A stretch of 64,000 nucleotides of DNA from assembly GCF_027921745.1 (NCBI RefSeq), contig NC_079240.1:1736001-1800000 (forward strand), written 5' to 3'. Source of the DNA: Schizosaccharomyces osmophilus. Its lineage: Eukaryota. The position numbers were made by a program, and so were the translations under genes. Below, piece after piece: positions 48,001-57,735 of the stretch (the first letter of the stretch is position 1; the number at the start of each line of letters is the position of its first letter). The notes below the pieces were generated by a model. It did no database searches. It saw only the letters and a program-made list of their open reading frames with translations, and had not been told where the DNA came from.

Positions 48001-51000
48001 CCAAGTCATTCACTGTTTTGGCAAGCGAGTTTTTCGCATATCATACGAAAATTGTTCAGAAAGAGCAAGAAGAGGAAGAAGAAAAACACAGACTTTTCCG
48101 CCAGAGAGGCCTGAACCTTGAGAATAACGAATACATGCAGGTATTTATAAATTATGATGAAGAAGTTGAAGAACAACCAGAAGAGAAACTAGAAAGAACT
48201 AGATTTTCTCAGCTTCAATATGCATTTTGGACTCTTTATAAAAGCTTTTTTATTGGGACTGAAGAGACATGCTCTACCGAGCAGCTTCTAGACATTGGTT
48301 CTTATTTAATTAGAAGGTTAGGACTTTCAGATTTTGAAAAATCGATTTCCGCGGACTTCGATATAGTGGCTGCCGTTCTCTGTTTAGGTGTCAAATCTTC
48401 CAAGGATGCAGCTAACTATTGGTCACCTCCTGTCTACAACTTTTACTCTGATCCGCTCCCTTTTAAATTGATTGAAGTGCGAGAAATACTGGTAGGGTTA
48501 CAGTCACATACCAATTCGTTATTGAAATCATGGCCTGATAATTTTGTTTTGAGAGGTCTGAAAGAGGCTACCGATTTAACACTAGGTATGTCAGTTTTTA
48601 CCCCCATAGCACAAATGTTGGCCAAAATTGAGCGGCTGCATCATTTATTGTCAGAATGGGAGAAGCTTGCCAGTCGACAGTTTTCTTTAGTAAGTGACAT
48701 GGATTTAATTAAAAGTAAAATTATTGAGTGGAGACAATTTGAGCTATCGAATTGGAAGAACTTATTATTATGGGAAGAATATAAACTCGTGGAGAAAACG
48801 TATCCTCGATTATATACCATTTTGGATTTTGTGATATTGCAGCCTCATTTTCGAAAGTGTACCTTGGACAAGCTATCTTTGAACGAAATCGCCTCCGTCA
48901 TTCTGCAATTTTTTAACGGCTTGAGTGTTGGAGAATATCGTCCCTGTCTCAGTAATTTGCTTACTTTCGTAAAACATTTGGAAGTCCTGAACGAATGGGA
49001 GGGGTTATGTGCTACACTTCAGCAAATCTATTCTTACCTAAAGTTATTTGAAAACAATATAACACACTTTATAGATGTGCAGCGTGAGGATTTAGAGAAG
49101 AAAATCAAGGAAAGAATATTACTTATGAGCTGGAAAGACACCAATGTCTATGCTCTTAAAGAGAATGCCAGAAAGAGTCACATGGAGCTGTATAAGACCT
49201 TACATAAATATAGAGAGGTTCTGCGCCAACCCGTGACTCCTCATATGTCCCAAAAACTCCATTGGGAAATGTTGCTTAAACCAATAAACTTACACACAGA
49301 AACTTTGAAGGAAGAGGTGACAGTCGATTATTCTGGTTTGGCTCTTGATAATGCCGTCTATGCGAACTTGCCTGCCAGATTTTACAACACGGAATCAACT
49401 GTACAAGTGATGAAATCACTCTTGAAGTTTTCATATCCTGCTAATACTTCGTTTACACAAGCAGTTGACGAAATAGTGAATAGTGCCCATGAATTGTTTA
49501 AGCTTACGCCATCTTCAGCTAATGATGAGAATATTTCAGAAATTAAATATTTGAAGACCCGAAAACATCTGCTTATGGTAAATACTTATAAGACCCTGCA
49601 TGGCTTTGGCTTTCAATACAGGGTTAGGGCGGGTGTAGAAGAAACAATGAAATCCCTCCAAAATTTGTTTTCGAGTATACCTGCTTTCCCAAAGTCTTTT
49701 GATTTGATTGATGATCTAAACACATCACTCTCAACAGTTCTCGACTTGATCCCCAAAGTACATCGTCTACCTGGTAATCAGCATGATGACCTTACCACGC
49801 CAGAAGTGACAAGGGCTATCGGACTTTTTGATAGTGCTCTAAGTTGGTTACTTGAAGAACGTTTGAGTCTAGTTAATTTTGCTAAATCTCTGGAACGTAT
49901 CAAGTCTGCGTACCAAGGTATCGGAATAGACGAGTCTTTGAAGCTTAATTTTACCACCTCAATGTTCAAACAAGCCGATAATTTTAATTATAAGGACTTC
50001 AAAAATTATTTAACGGAATTATCGACATTGTGTTCAATTTATTCAGTGGTTCTATCTAAACATCATCAAATAATATCCAACGGTGGTTACGCATCTGTAT
50101 CAACTCGTTTGTCAGAATACAGTTCGCAGTTCGCAAGAGATATGATTGCCCATTCAAATCCTCTCTTCATGTCCGACCAACAACTTGGTTGTTTGGAGTC
50201 CACAAAGGCAACGGTAAATGAATTAGTTTGCTACAGTGAAGATCATGCCTCGTCTATGCCTGAAGCTTTGTATTGGTCAAAGTCCATAGTATCTTCTGTA
50301 AAACCCGAGTCTGCGTTTCTGGACAAGAAGATTAGCGATTTGGATATGCGTTATCCGGCCTTTGAAAAATTGACTGCTTTATTTGATCAAATACTGTCAT
50401 CAGCAGAGGAGGTTTCTAAATGTGTCAAATCCTTAGAAAGCGAAAACACTGACAGTACTCTGTATGACGAAAGTGTTTTAATCAATAAGCTTCTAGCTGC
50501 ATTTAAGCTTGACTTGTTTGTATCCAAGTTGTCCGACCTCAAGAAGTTCTTTGAAAACAAAGACTTAGATTCGGATAGTATGCGTCTTTTTATGCACTTT
50601 CTTCCTGTATGTGAACAGTACATTTTTTCAGCCGAAAAAGCTTTTACATACATTTTGGTAAAGCATGTGAAGGAATCACGAAGTTTGCATAAGATTGCTT
50701 CATTATTTTTGATGGTTGCTTCCAACGGTTTCTGTACTCCTGACATTCCTCAAGACGACGAAAATGCTCGGGAAGGCGGTGATTTGGAATCCGGCACTGG
50801 CCTTGGCTCTGGTTCTGGTGCAAAAGATATTTCCGATACCGTGAACGAAGATGACGATCTCGAAGAACTTGCAAATGAAGAGGACACTAATGAACAGGAC
50901 GAACTGGAGGAAAATTCTGAGGCTCGTGAACTAGATACAGAAATGAGTGGTGCTACTAAAGACGCACCTGCTTCCGACGTCGAAAGTAATTCAGATGATG

Positions 51001-53279
51001 AAGAAAAAGAACTTGATGAGGAGATAAATAAAGACAACGAGGGGCTATCTGAAGACCTAAATGAGAAGATGTGGGATGAGCCCAATGAAGAAGACTTGGG
51101 TGGAAATGAAGAGAAGTCTAATGAACAATCTGTTCAAAATAACACTAGCGACCTTGTTTCCAAAGAAGAGGAGAATGGTGATTCCAATGAGCTGGAAACC
51201 CCCGAAAATAATAACAAAGAAGAGGAAAGTGACAGTGATGCTCCTGGTATCGAGGATGAAGTTCAGCAAGAAGCCCCGGAAGACGCTCCGCAACAGCCGG
51301 AAAACAATGAAATCCTTGAGCTTCCAGATGACCTGAAGCTCGATGAAGGAAAAGAGGAAGAAGGCGGTGGTGACGAAGATATGCCGGAAGATGTTGAAGA
51401 TACTAAGGAAGAAGTTGAAAAAGAAAACGAAAAAGAGCAGGCTGAAGAGTTTGAAGAATATGACGCACAAGACAATATAGAGGAAGATATAAAAGAAGAG
51501 GAAGGTTTTGCTTCTCAGGATGAGGCTGTGAACGAGGAAGATCAGGCGAATGAAGTAGGTGAAGCAGAGGATGAAGGAGAAGCAGAAAATGAAGGATCTC
51601 CTGAGGACGATAAAGAACAACAAGAGAATGCGCTTGATGAAGAAGTTCCAGAAGAAAATTACAATGAGGATGCTGCAGACGAGCCCAAAGATAGCACGAG
51701 TGGACAGGATGATGCTTCTAAGTCAGCATCAGCTCAAATGGACTCTGGAGATACAGTCGATGCTGCCGATGAGGATGTTACTGACGGCGATGCTGAAGGC
51801 GCTGCTGAAAGTGGCGAGCAAGGGGCAGGTGCTACTGCTGGAGAACAAAATGATGCTGAAGCAACAACCGATCAAGAGAATAAAGCATCAGAGGAAGCAG
51901 AATCTGCAGACAGACAATATCAAAGTCTTGGTGATCAGTTACGCGAATGGCAACGAGCTCGTCAAATTCAAGAGCGTCAAACAGAAAACACTGAGAAAGA
52001 AGCTGATAGCCAGCAAAAGAATATTGACGATGCTACCGAGTTTGCTCACATAGCTGAGGAAGAAGAAGAAGATACTCAAGCTTTAGGCAACGCTGATAAA
52101 GAGCAAGTTAAAAGCCTCAATGTTAATGAAGACCAAGAAGAAGATGTGAACGCTCCTGAACCTATGGACATGGATGCTCAGCTAGACGTGAATGATAGTC
52201 AACCAAAGGAAGATCAAGAAACAAGTTTGGAGTCAAAACAAGTTTCCGAAAGTACAGATAAGTCAAGAGTTGACTATTTAAAAACCGGAAATGTAATTCA
52301 TCAACCTAGTTTTGATCAAGACTTAGAGGAGTACGACGATATTGAAGGTGCCATGGAGAATGAAGGTGTTATTACAACCACCAAAGCCCCTGCTTCCATC
52401 TCAATAGATGAGGCTCGCGTGAGTTGGCAGCAGCATGAGGAATCAACCAGGCAGCTTTCAATCGAGCTCTGTGAACAACTTCGTCTAATCTTGGAACCCA
52501 CTCTAGCAACCAAGATGCAAGGTGATTTCCGCACGGGTAAGCGTCTGAACATGAAACGGATTATTCCATACATCGCATCTCAATTTAAGAAAGACAAAAT
52601 CTGGATGCGCCGCGTAAAACCTAGTAAGCGAACGTATCAAGTTATGATTGCAATTGACGATTCTAAATCGATGAGTGAATCTAATAGTACAAAGCTTGCT
52701 TTGGAAACTTTAGCCTTAGTGACGAAATCCTTATCTTTGCTTGAAGTTGGTCAAATTGCAGTGATGAAATTTGGCGATGAGCCTGAATTACTCCATCCTT
52801 TTGACAAACCTTTCTCCTCTGAAGTTGGTGCAGACATATTCTCACACTTTTCTTTTGAGCAATCCGGAACAAATGTTTTATCTCTTACGGATGCCTCTAT
52901 GCGTCTGTTCAATTATGCTGGTACTAACCTGCAAGTGAGCAATAAGACTGATCTGAGACAGCTTGAAATTATCATTTCCGATGGTATTTGTGAAGACCAT
53001 GATACTATTCGTAGAATTCTTCGACGTGCTCAAGAAGAAAAAGTAATGATTGTTTTTGTTATTCTTGACAATGTTAACGATATGAAAAAATCGTCTGTGC
53101 TGGATATCAACAAAGTACACTACATTACAAAAGAAGATGGAACTATGGAATTGAACATTCAACCATATATTGATGAGTTTGCTTTTGAATACTACTTGGT
53201 AGTAAGGAACATAGAAGAACTTCCTCAGTTGTTATCTTCTGCCTTACGACAGTGGTTTCAACAAATGTCTAGTACTTAG
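39093..53279 (+). CDS. mdn1: Midasin AAA-ATPase Mdn1/Rea1 (4728 aa, single exon)
   Basis: Six AAA modules (GPEGMGKT, GETGTGKT, GPTSSGKT, GDTGCGKT, GSPGVGKT, GPSASGKT), long linker, D/E-rich region and C-terminal MIDAS (DDSKSM, ISDG). Confidence 0.98.
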   Translation: MDELIEWVVIYPQIFDILEHIKYVPTTLLQRIRLHRSWSKVDYDLWFLYASDEKRKGCKIDCYGQLYSYDEFLVLEDQRIAKLNELAKTRSSSENSYFLRQLLSNAKINHVPLVELGGELFFQFNEPLPTTLVQTESVKENLNRVSPFLVRKQPLLLAGPEGMGKTYFITQIAALLGQRIVRIHLTDSTDPKMLIGTYTCPRPGEFEWQPGVLTQAVRHGKWLLLSNIEKAPAEVLSILLPLLEKRQLVVPSRGETIYAANSFQVFATTSSNSTILGQRLWKTIEMVSAPHECIEIVSTIYPELSSISRTLFSVYNDIYDLFLNRTFLAVSRVYRRLCLRDFYKFMKRVAFLYRHYHVSVDHTTIPQELQDAVFKEAIDVFSAFIPNKQGIDNVVRNIAIDLNVSPEKAEHFFETIPSFHDSETAVTVGRSKLPKVSSSGFSSSNPYAFTSSSLSLLEKISVAVQTNEPLLLVGETGTGKTTTVQLLANLLGQRVTVINMSQQTESSDMLGGYKPINVTTLGLPLHEEFLSLFETTFSVKKNMKFLAAASTSARRFRWKTCLKIWNEALALSKSLFSRTRSQENPVKRQKRLANQPALENRWKMFREEVEQFSKMLEGGSKSFMFSFVEGALVKAIRSGQWVLLDEINLASMETLEPIGQLLNSYEPGILLSDRGDVNPVTPHPNFRLFGCMNPSTDVGKRELETSLRSRFTEIYVESPDRNLSDLLSIISKYIGTLCIGDDYVIRDIAELYQIAKRLSVDGSLVDGAGQKPHYTIRTLSRTLCYVAEIVPIYGLRRSLYEGFSMSFLTLLDQNSENILYKFIERYTLGEISVQQKNAILRQIPKRPDVGDYIAFCHYWLRKGSFPVRDQEHYIVTPFVQKNLLNITRACSTRMFPILIQGPTSSGKTSMIEYIAGKTGHKFVRINNHEHTDLQEYLGSYVTDDKGSLVFREGILVEALRNGYWIVLDELNLAPTDVLEALNRLLDDNRELFIPETESLVKPHPDFMLFATQNPPGVYAGRKHLSRAFRNRFLEIHFDDIPENELETILHMRCKIAPSYAAKIVQVFRELSLRRQSTRIFEQKNSFATLRDLFRWAFRDAVGYQQLAENGYMLLAERARDPKDKFAVQEVIEKVMKIKINTDNLYNLDFIDSIRTDAKVGPLDNVIWTAPMIRLFSLVWHCLQAKEPVLLVGDTGCGKTTVCQVLAECLSKQLHIVNAHQDTENGDIIGAQRPLRNRSLINNTLHIQLSEKFNVAQEDYPVEDLISKFDSLSHSEKNDDLSVVIEKHIKKINSLFEWHDGALVSAMKGGDFFLLDEISLADDSVLERLNSVLEISRTLTLVEHNDAAAVLTAEDGFAFFATMNPGGDYGKKELSPALRNRFTEIWVPPMTSVDDILQIVEGKLIPTKKHLGEPLVQYAHWHSNVYQSGNIISIRDVLSAVDFINSSELSDDKAILFHAVSMVFIDALGAISAVGFGRNRNLLFDERNKCASKLGALCGSDFTYSVTENLMIRFTESSFYIGDFDIKLGSNVNPDSTYNLRTHTTKVNAAKVVRALQVRKPILLEGSPGVGKTSLISALARECGYPLVRINLSDQTDLMDLFGSDAPVSGGEGGQFAWRDAPFLSAMRHGHWVLLDELNLASQTVLEGLNACLDHRGEAYIPELDRVFKAHPTFRVFAAQNPQNQGGGRKGLPKSFVNRFTVVYVEPLLQSDMLEIASQNYRQVDENMRLHIIEFMFKLQEYVEIDASFGVSGSPWEFNLRDAMRWLQLLSEAEKYTCVSPAEYLEVVVLHRMRTNNDRQRVIRLFEEVFGVKYEPRIISSELDSNVLKVGHSFLERSSLTQDTALDDTKLLQSQYDVVESMITCINKNWPCILVGPSASGKTCTIRLLAAVCGVDLKEMAINSEIDTMDLLGEYEQVDISRKISAFLLDLSHNVLNLLIEHRDLEEILKGTSLLRVLQTSFVTLDEGLHTLEWVIAEIRSIRHHTAIFKHLRPYFTLAGKLIKEASVPATGKFEWIDGYLLRAVENGHWLVLDNANLCSPAVLDRLNSLLEYGGTLTVNERPTESGMPKVIKPHPNFRLFLTVNPFYGELSRSMRNRGVEIYMLNNGLTSLDHRQLSVLLPSPICSAVDAGSSSFSFVIDIHRRLNEFPTTLVSPYVIAAVVFSYFSNDQLDCLKKLSDDNKKTLSIEKSPYIHALEQADFSNCQTPNEVLTYIKAYDYPLLSASMSLVSIMNDFTNIASSNCGSEVFWKAYLLNILYAAQFDLKHLNQEVYSSVQSGSINTYVLKSAYAFLHGVSYYKGALSSVWKLLNDLSVYIYNSIDKLRKDSSLASVDDLQNFLNLIALWKSMYEWTGTFEFDFSRFHCYSLMLKEWSSKFVSDHNSEYLDAPHNLINKFTEALQLSTGEHMQNIWSEYHPLVPKTKEHWSLWSKIDILLKEYLRANTPSLGMEATASHVVTTTLSLLMKVTQQHESQDLQSYMQILEEGVVALKNSKQDQLPEAFYSTFSCLAASDLLTIYTADLNNFSVSSEAFTNYVRAALYTRGSISPLSVLTSLNFNASQIPFAILFDYDFFSLVNGKTFDLITRAFASIDEQLNMASVKRYEDMHHTLMRHITERSKHFTENPLERASILLLQRIPLLIIPEIKGDRLSADEEKIIRPLTLPYGELKEQSVLIVDDIVSYLESSARFKTSYKKHILNALGYLRQSLSTANHENACKNQAAAYIHFAYGLLLAYVPDKPYDPALLPLLSSANGKGVLNSLSGELEVVKMMEDNKSGKEENLLTKSISLRMEEINKSIPTSTGVFRSLESNSTSLFDELRFLMDNVVNNSYALDLSLKLMQNPDNSTLEEAKIFKYKWTAFVGRLREAYSQYTDIFEIVISLISYIIYGIDMLVAQARRLLDNRVSASASLMSHLVSPKKLSKPLLFEDVQDIIRLTSDLQLNAALKFEVLLFATAKLCKEKNDLPQSSAAKSFTVLASEFFAYHTKIVQKEQEEEEEKHRLFRQRGLNLENNEYMQVFINYDEEVEEQPEEKLERTRFSQLQYAFWTLYKSFFIGTEETCSTEQLLDIGSYLIRRLGLSDFEKSISADFDIVAAVLCLGVKSSKDAANYWSPPVYNFYSDPLPFKLIEVREILVGLQSHTNSLLKSWPDNFVLRGLKEATDLTLGMSVFTPIAQMLAKIERLHHLLSEWEKLASRQFSLVSDMDLIKSKIIEWRQFELSNWKNLLLWEEYKLVEKTYPRLYTILDFVILQPHFRKCTLDKLSLNEIASVILQFFNGLSVGEYRPCLSNLLTFVKHLEVLNEWEGLCATLQQIYSYLKLFENNITHFIDVQREDLEKKIKERILLMSWKDTNVYALKENARKSHMELYKTLHKYREVLRQPVTPHMSQKLHWEMLLKPINLHTETLKEEVTVDYSGLALDNAVYANLPARFYNTESTVQVMKSLLKFSYPANTSFTQAVDEIVNSAHELFKLTPSSANDENISEIKYLKTRKHLLMVNTYKTLHGFGFQYRVRAGVEETMKSLQNLFSSIPAFPKSFDLIDDLNTSLSTVLDLIPKVHRLPGNQHDDLTTPEVTRAIGLFDSALSWLLEERLSLVNFAKSLERIKSAYQGIGIDESLKLNFTTSMFKQADNFNYKDFKNYLTELSTLCSIYSVVLSKHHQIISNGGYASVSTRLSEYSSQFARDMIAHSNPLFMSDQQLGCLESTKATVNELVCYSEDHASSMPEALYWSKSIVSSVKPESAFLDKKISDLDMRYPAFEKLTALFDQILSSAEEVSKCVKSLESENTDSTLYDESVLINKLLAAFKLDLFVSKLSDLKKFFENKDLDSDSMRLFMHFLPVCEQYIFSAEKAFTYILVKHVKESRSLHKIASLFLMVASNGFCTPDIPQDDENAREGGDLESGTGLGSGSGAKDISDTVNEDDDLEELANEEDTNEQDELEENSEARELDTEMSGATKDAPASDVESNSDDEEKELDEEINKDNEGLSEDLNEKMWDEPNEEDLGGNEEKSNEQSVQNNTSDLVSKEEENGDSNELETPENNNKEEESDSDAPGIEDEVQQEAPEDAPQQPENNEILELPDDLKLDEGKEEEGGGDEDMPEDVEDTKEEVEKENEKEQAEEFEEYDAQDNIEEDIKEEEGFASQDEAVNEEDQANEVGEAEDEGEAENEGSPEDDKEQQENALDEEVPEENYNEDAADEPKDSTSGQDDASKSASAQMDSGDTVDAADEDVTDGDAEGAAESGEQGAGATAGEQNDAEATTDQENKASEEAESADRQYQSLGDQLREWQRARQIQERQTENTEKEADSQQKNIDDATEFAHIAEEEEEDTQALGNADKEQVKSLNVNEDQEEDVNAPEPMDMDAQLDVNDSQPKEDQETSLESKQVSESTDKSRVDYLKTGNVIHQPSFDQDLEEYDDIEGAMENEGVITTTKAPASISIDEARVSWQQHEESTRQLSIELCEQLRLILEPTLATKMQGDFRTGKRLNMKRIIPYIASQFKKDKIWMRRVKPSKRTYQVMIAIDDSKSMSESNSTKLALETLALVTKSLSLLEVGQIAVMKFGDEPELLHPFDKPFSSEVGADIFSHFSFEQSGTNVLSLTDASMRLFNYAGTNLQVSNKTDLRQLEIIISDGICEDHDTIRRILRRAQEEKVMIVFVILDNVNDMKKSSVLDINKVHYITKEDGTMELNIQPYIDEFAFEYYLVVRNIEELPQLLSSALRQWFQQMSST

Positions 53280-53513
53280 TCAGTACGTTTCTTTTTCTTT
53301 TTTTTTTGTTTTAATATTTACCATGAAAAACGTGAACATATATTATAAAAGGATATTTTGGGTTGGTTTGGAAATTTTGGAGATTATAAGTTAATTTAAT
53401 AAATAATCGTTTTTATCATTATACATACCAGAGACGTAATCAGACTACATTGTTAGAGAACTAACTACCAATAAATTTAAACTGAAAAGAAAAAACAAAA
53501 ATAATTTAAAACC

Positions 53514-56145
53514 CTACTCAGTAGAAAACTTCTTTGAACTTGAATCTTTGTTTGCCTGCTGCAACCACATTTTCTTGTACACACCATCTTCATGCTTGAG
53601 CAAATCCTCATGCGTACCAGTTTCGACAATTTTTCCGTTGTGAATGCAAAGAATTAAATCAGCATTTGTGATAGTGGATAATCGATGGGCAATCACAATA
53701 GCGGTGCGACCAGCAGCAAGTCTGTTCAAAGAAGCTTGTATATGACGTTCTGTGTTTGTGTCAAGCGCAGAAGTAGCTTCATCCAACAAAATTATAGTTG
53801 GGTTTTTCAAAATAGCTCTAGCTACAGCCATCCGTTGTTTCTCACCACCACTGAGTTTTAGTCCTCGCTCTCCTACTCGAGAATTATATCCATCGGGGAA
53901 TTCAAGAATTCGGTCATGAATCTGAGCTGCCTTGGCGGCTTCATACACTTCTTCATCAGAAGCACCTGGTTTAGCATATTTAATGTTGTACATAACAGTA
54001 TCATTAAACAAAATGCTATCCTGAGGGACCACACCAATTGACGAACGTAAACTAGATAACGTGACATCTCGTATATCCTGGTCATCAATAGTTATAGAAC
54101 CATTATTTACATCAAAGAATCGCAAAAGAATTCTCATGATAGTAGATTTTCCACCGCCTGATTCACCTACAAGGGCTATTACTTTACCTGGCTCCGCAAC
54201 GAAGCTGACGTTTGATAAAACAGGTTTGCGAGGATCATAAGCAAAAGAAACGTTCGAAAAAGCAACTCGGCCATCCGTAACCTTCAGAGGAGTAGCATCC
54301 TCCCTTTCAAGCACGGTAGGTTGTTCTTCGAATATTTCGAGTAGTCGCTCTGCATCAATAATACTGTTCTGTAGCGAACGATACAAAGTTCCAAAAAAGT
54401 TAAGAGGCTGCTGAAGTTGCGTCATATAAGTCAAAAGAACCACAAAATCGCCAACTGTATTGTAACCAAATGACACTTTATAGGCACTTAGCAAACAAGC
54501 TACACATAAACTAGAAGTGAAGATACCACCCTGTATGATGTTCAGAACACTTAAACTGGAAAGAACCGTATTTTCTTGACGAAGATATGCATCTACAGCA
54601 TCGCCAAAACGATGATTTTCAAAATCATCAGCATCAAAGTTTTTGACAGTTTCATAATTCATGATAGCATCATTTTGGACCCCGTAACTATCGCGCCAGC
54701 TATTAACCATTTTCCTTCTTGCTTCAGTACGCCAGGAAGTGATTTTAACGGTAACGTAACAGTAGCAAAATGTCATAACGAGGACAATGAGGGAAAAATA
54801 CACGTCAAACTTGACGAAGAAATAGATGATTGCTACAGCAAGATCTGTAAGAACAGGTCCAATCTGGAATAACAGTTGCTCGACAAATGTATTCACGGAG
54901 TTTGCCTTGGTTAATGCAGCCAAAACTTCACCACCTCGTTTATTTAAATGAAAATCGTAGGACAAACCCAAAACGTGCTGTAAAGCTTTTGTGGAAAGTG
55001 CACGATAAGCATATTGTGAAACAGGAATCCACAGAAAAGAACGCAAAGAGCCAACTAAGCCCATATTTCCTTGAAGAAAGCGATAAAAAACGAATAGAAA
55101 AACTTCAAACCAGGGAACACCACTGCCGGTTTGAGAAAGCTTTTCGGTGACCACACCAAGTTGTCGAGGAGCAAGTATATTAGCTATTCTTCCGATAACT
55201 AACAAAATAACGCAAACAAAGATATGAAGCTGTAGCCTAAAGTTCTTAACGGGCCATAAGTAAGGGAAAAGTATAGCAAAAGACTTGAAATAAGCAATCC
55301 AGGAGGTATTTTTTGGGGGCTTTTTAGAGTCACTTTTCTTAGCTGCTTGTGGAAGCGCCTGGGAAGATTGATCTTGACCTAGTTCGGGATCCAGTTGGGT
55401 ACCACTTTCAAACATTCTTCGTTCTTCGTAATCCATCATGTCACGAGAAGGTTTCTTACGACGATAGGTTACATAAATGGCAAAAGCAAAAATGCATAAA
55501 AGAAGACGGGCTAGGTGATCAGCCATAAGAATACCCTGAAAGGTATCGCCAGGAATGGGTGTGAATGCAAGAAAAACGGTTTCAAAGATTGCTTCCGTTA
55601 ACCATGCATATAAAACATTGACTCTATAAGCAGAGAAAAAGGAATTAGTGTATCTTGGTAATTCAGATGTGTCTGTGCAGCTGATTAGCACAATGCCCCA
55701 AAAGAGTAGCGACAAAACAAGGCACACCACAGAAGCCTTATGGGGCCACCAGTTAGGAGTTCTCAAAGCATAGACGACTAAATTGGCGATATCAATTACC
55801 TATGTAGAATGAGTTAGTAAGTACCATAAACAAAATCAAGCCCTTCACAATTGGGTGTTAATACTATGTAATAGGTATTAACATAAAAACCCAATGTAAG
55901 TATTAAACGGACATGTGCTGAATATCCGTTATTCCCTAGCTACATACATATGTCAAAGCAAGAGCCAGAATCCACCAAGAGACGATTTTCAACGGTTCTT
56001 TACCAAAGCGGCTTTTCCTTGATAAAGGTTCAGGACCTCGTCGTTGTTGCTTGAAAGTCTTTAAAGTCCCGAGACCGAGAAAGCCAGCATATAAGCAAGC
56101 TACCTCGGCGATATTAAAATGAGGATTATCGTACCTCAAAACCAT
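53514..56145 (-). CDS. hmt1: Vacuolar half-size ABC transporter for phytochelatin/heavy-metal tolerance; exons 56145-55948, 55799-53514
   Basis: ABCB6-like transmembrane domain, Walker A GESGGGKS, signature LSGGEKQR, LLDEATSALD. N-terminal extension MVLRY...; GTATGT..TAG intron with CTAAC branch. Confidence 0.93.
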
Positions 56146-56196
56146 CTTTTAAACTTTAATTGTTTCTTCTTTAAAAAAAGCAATTAAAACTGATTT

Positions 56197-56239
56197 GAAA
56201 TCCTATGTTTTCGTCCAATTCCAAGAAATCCTATGTTTT
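56197..56239. repeat. Exact 15-bp direct repeat GAAATCCTATGTTTT (56197-56211, 56225-56239)
   Basis: Seen directly; a partial third copy TATGTTTT follows at about 56242. Confidence 0.85.
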
Positions 56240-57735
56240 AGTATGTTTTATATGGTTAGGTAATGATCGAGGAGAAAAAATGCCAAGCTCGTACTCAACC
56301 CACCAAGGCTTGCGCAGATTACGAAATTTGTTCATCCGCTAATTATTGCTATATATATTGTAACTACAGTTATGATTTTCACCAAAGCAAAACAGAAAGT
56401 AAAAGGCAGTCATGGTACGGTTGAACAAAAGCAAATCCTTGCATAGTGGAAACCAAGGAAATTGAGTGGATGATTACAAAGTCTTTTCTTTATTCTATTG
56501 TACTATATATGTAGGAGAAGACGTCTCTCTGAGTTTCTTAACATATATGATATTAGAAAGTGATAAAAAAAAAAGAGCCAAACTGCCATTCTGAATCTCT
56601 TGAAAACATTCTCTTAAAGATTTTTAATATCAAAACAATTAGATTCTTGCCCGAATCAACAAAAACTATCGGTTTTCATGGTTATTTCGTTTCAGGTATA
56701 TTCATCTGATATGTAAACTTGATCAGATTAATAGCTTGCATGCTACTCAAAATAGAATCAAAGAACCGCGTGCTTGACGAGAATGAAGCTGCAAAATCGC
56801 TATTAATGCATGCATTAGTTGGTAACTAGTTGTTTTTAACTCATCTTGCCGACCTTCTACTACTGCGTCGATAGCTAGAAGCGCTTCATTTCATCGTTTA
56901 GCTGATGGTGATTCAACATCAACAGGTATGAGCTACCGTTATTTTAGCTCAGACTTTAATTCAGCAGTTAAAGACTGCGGAGACAGTCGAAAATTATTGA
57001 CCAAATTGAAAGAGATTCGATCTTGACTAGGCGCTCTTACAAGGTTTTTCCTTTCCTTTCCTTTTCTCTACTTCCGACCCCTTTCAAAGTCTAGCTTATT
57101 TATTGGAATTCTATAACTAGTAAGAGGACATGTTGTACAAAAATACTTCATGAGAGTGGATCGTACATCCCAAACTTGGCCTTACAATAACCTACTTTTT
57201 TTCATCAGAAGAATTAGTTAAACCAATTGCTTTTTCTACTTTTGTTTAAAAATGAAATACACAACTGTATAGTACCTGCGTTTCGCACCTTTTATTAATT
57301 GTTACCTTTGCTACCCAAACTCACCGCCAGCGTTTTGTAACTTCGCCTTGTTACTTCAGCTCTTTCCTCATCTTCTCTACAAATATTCAAATTTACATTC
57401 GAAGGGCGAATTTAGGAGAAACCGCGCATATTTAATGTACGTATAAATAAGAAGGTGTTTTTTGCTTCATCCTCTGTATTTTCTTTTCAGAATAACTTGT
57501 TTGATATAAGACTTCCTTAGAAGGTTTGTTGGCTGTTAGATTTCTACGCGTAAACGCAATTTCATAGGTCTCTAAAGGATCATCCTTTTTTTTTTTTGCC
57601 TTATATTATTCCTTCCAAAGAGTACGTGTCTTCTCCTTTGTTTGTATCTTTATCCCTTGCATCTTTTTGCAACACTTAATTTGCAGCTTTTTGGGTTAGT
57701 GATCATCAAATTTATCGTTTTGCCAAACTCTTTTC

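Noticed and set aside
50644..52053. Long antisense and alternate-frame ORFs (e.g. 51057-51623, 51559-52053) over the mdn1 acidic region
   Set aside because: By-products of the GAA/GAT-rich D/E tract of midasin; F/S/L- or K/M-rich translations with no motif.
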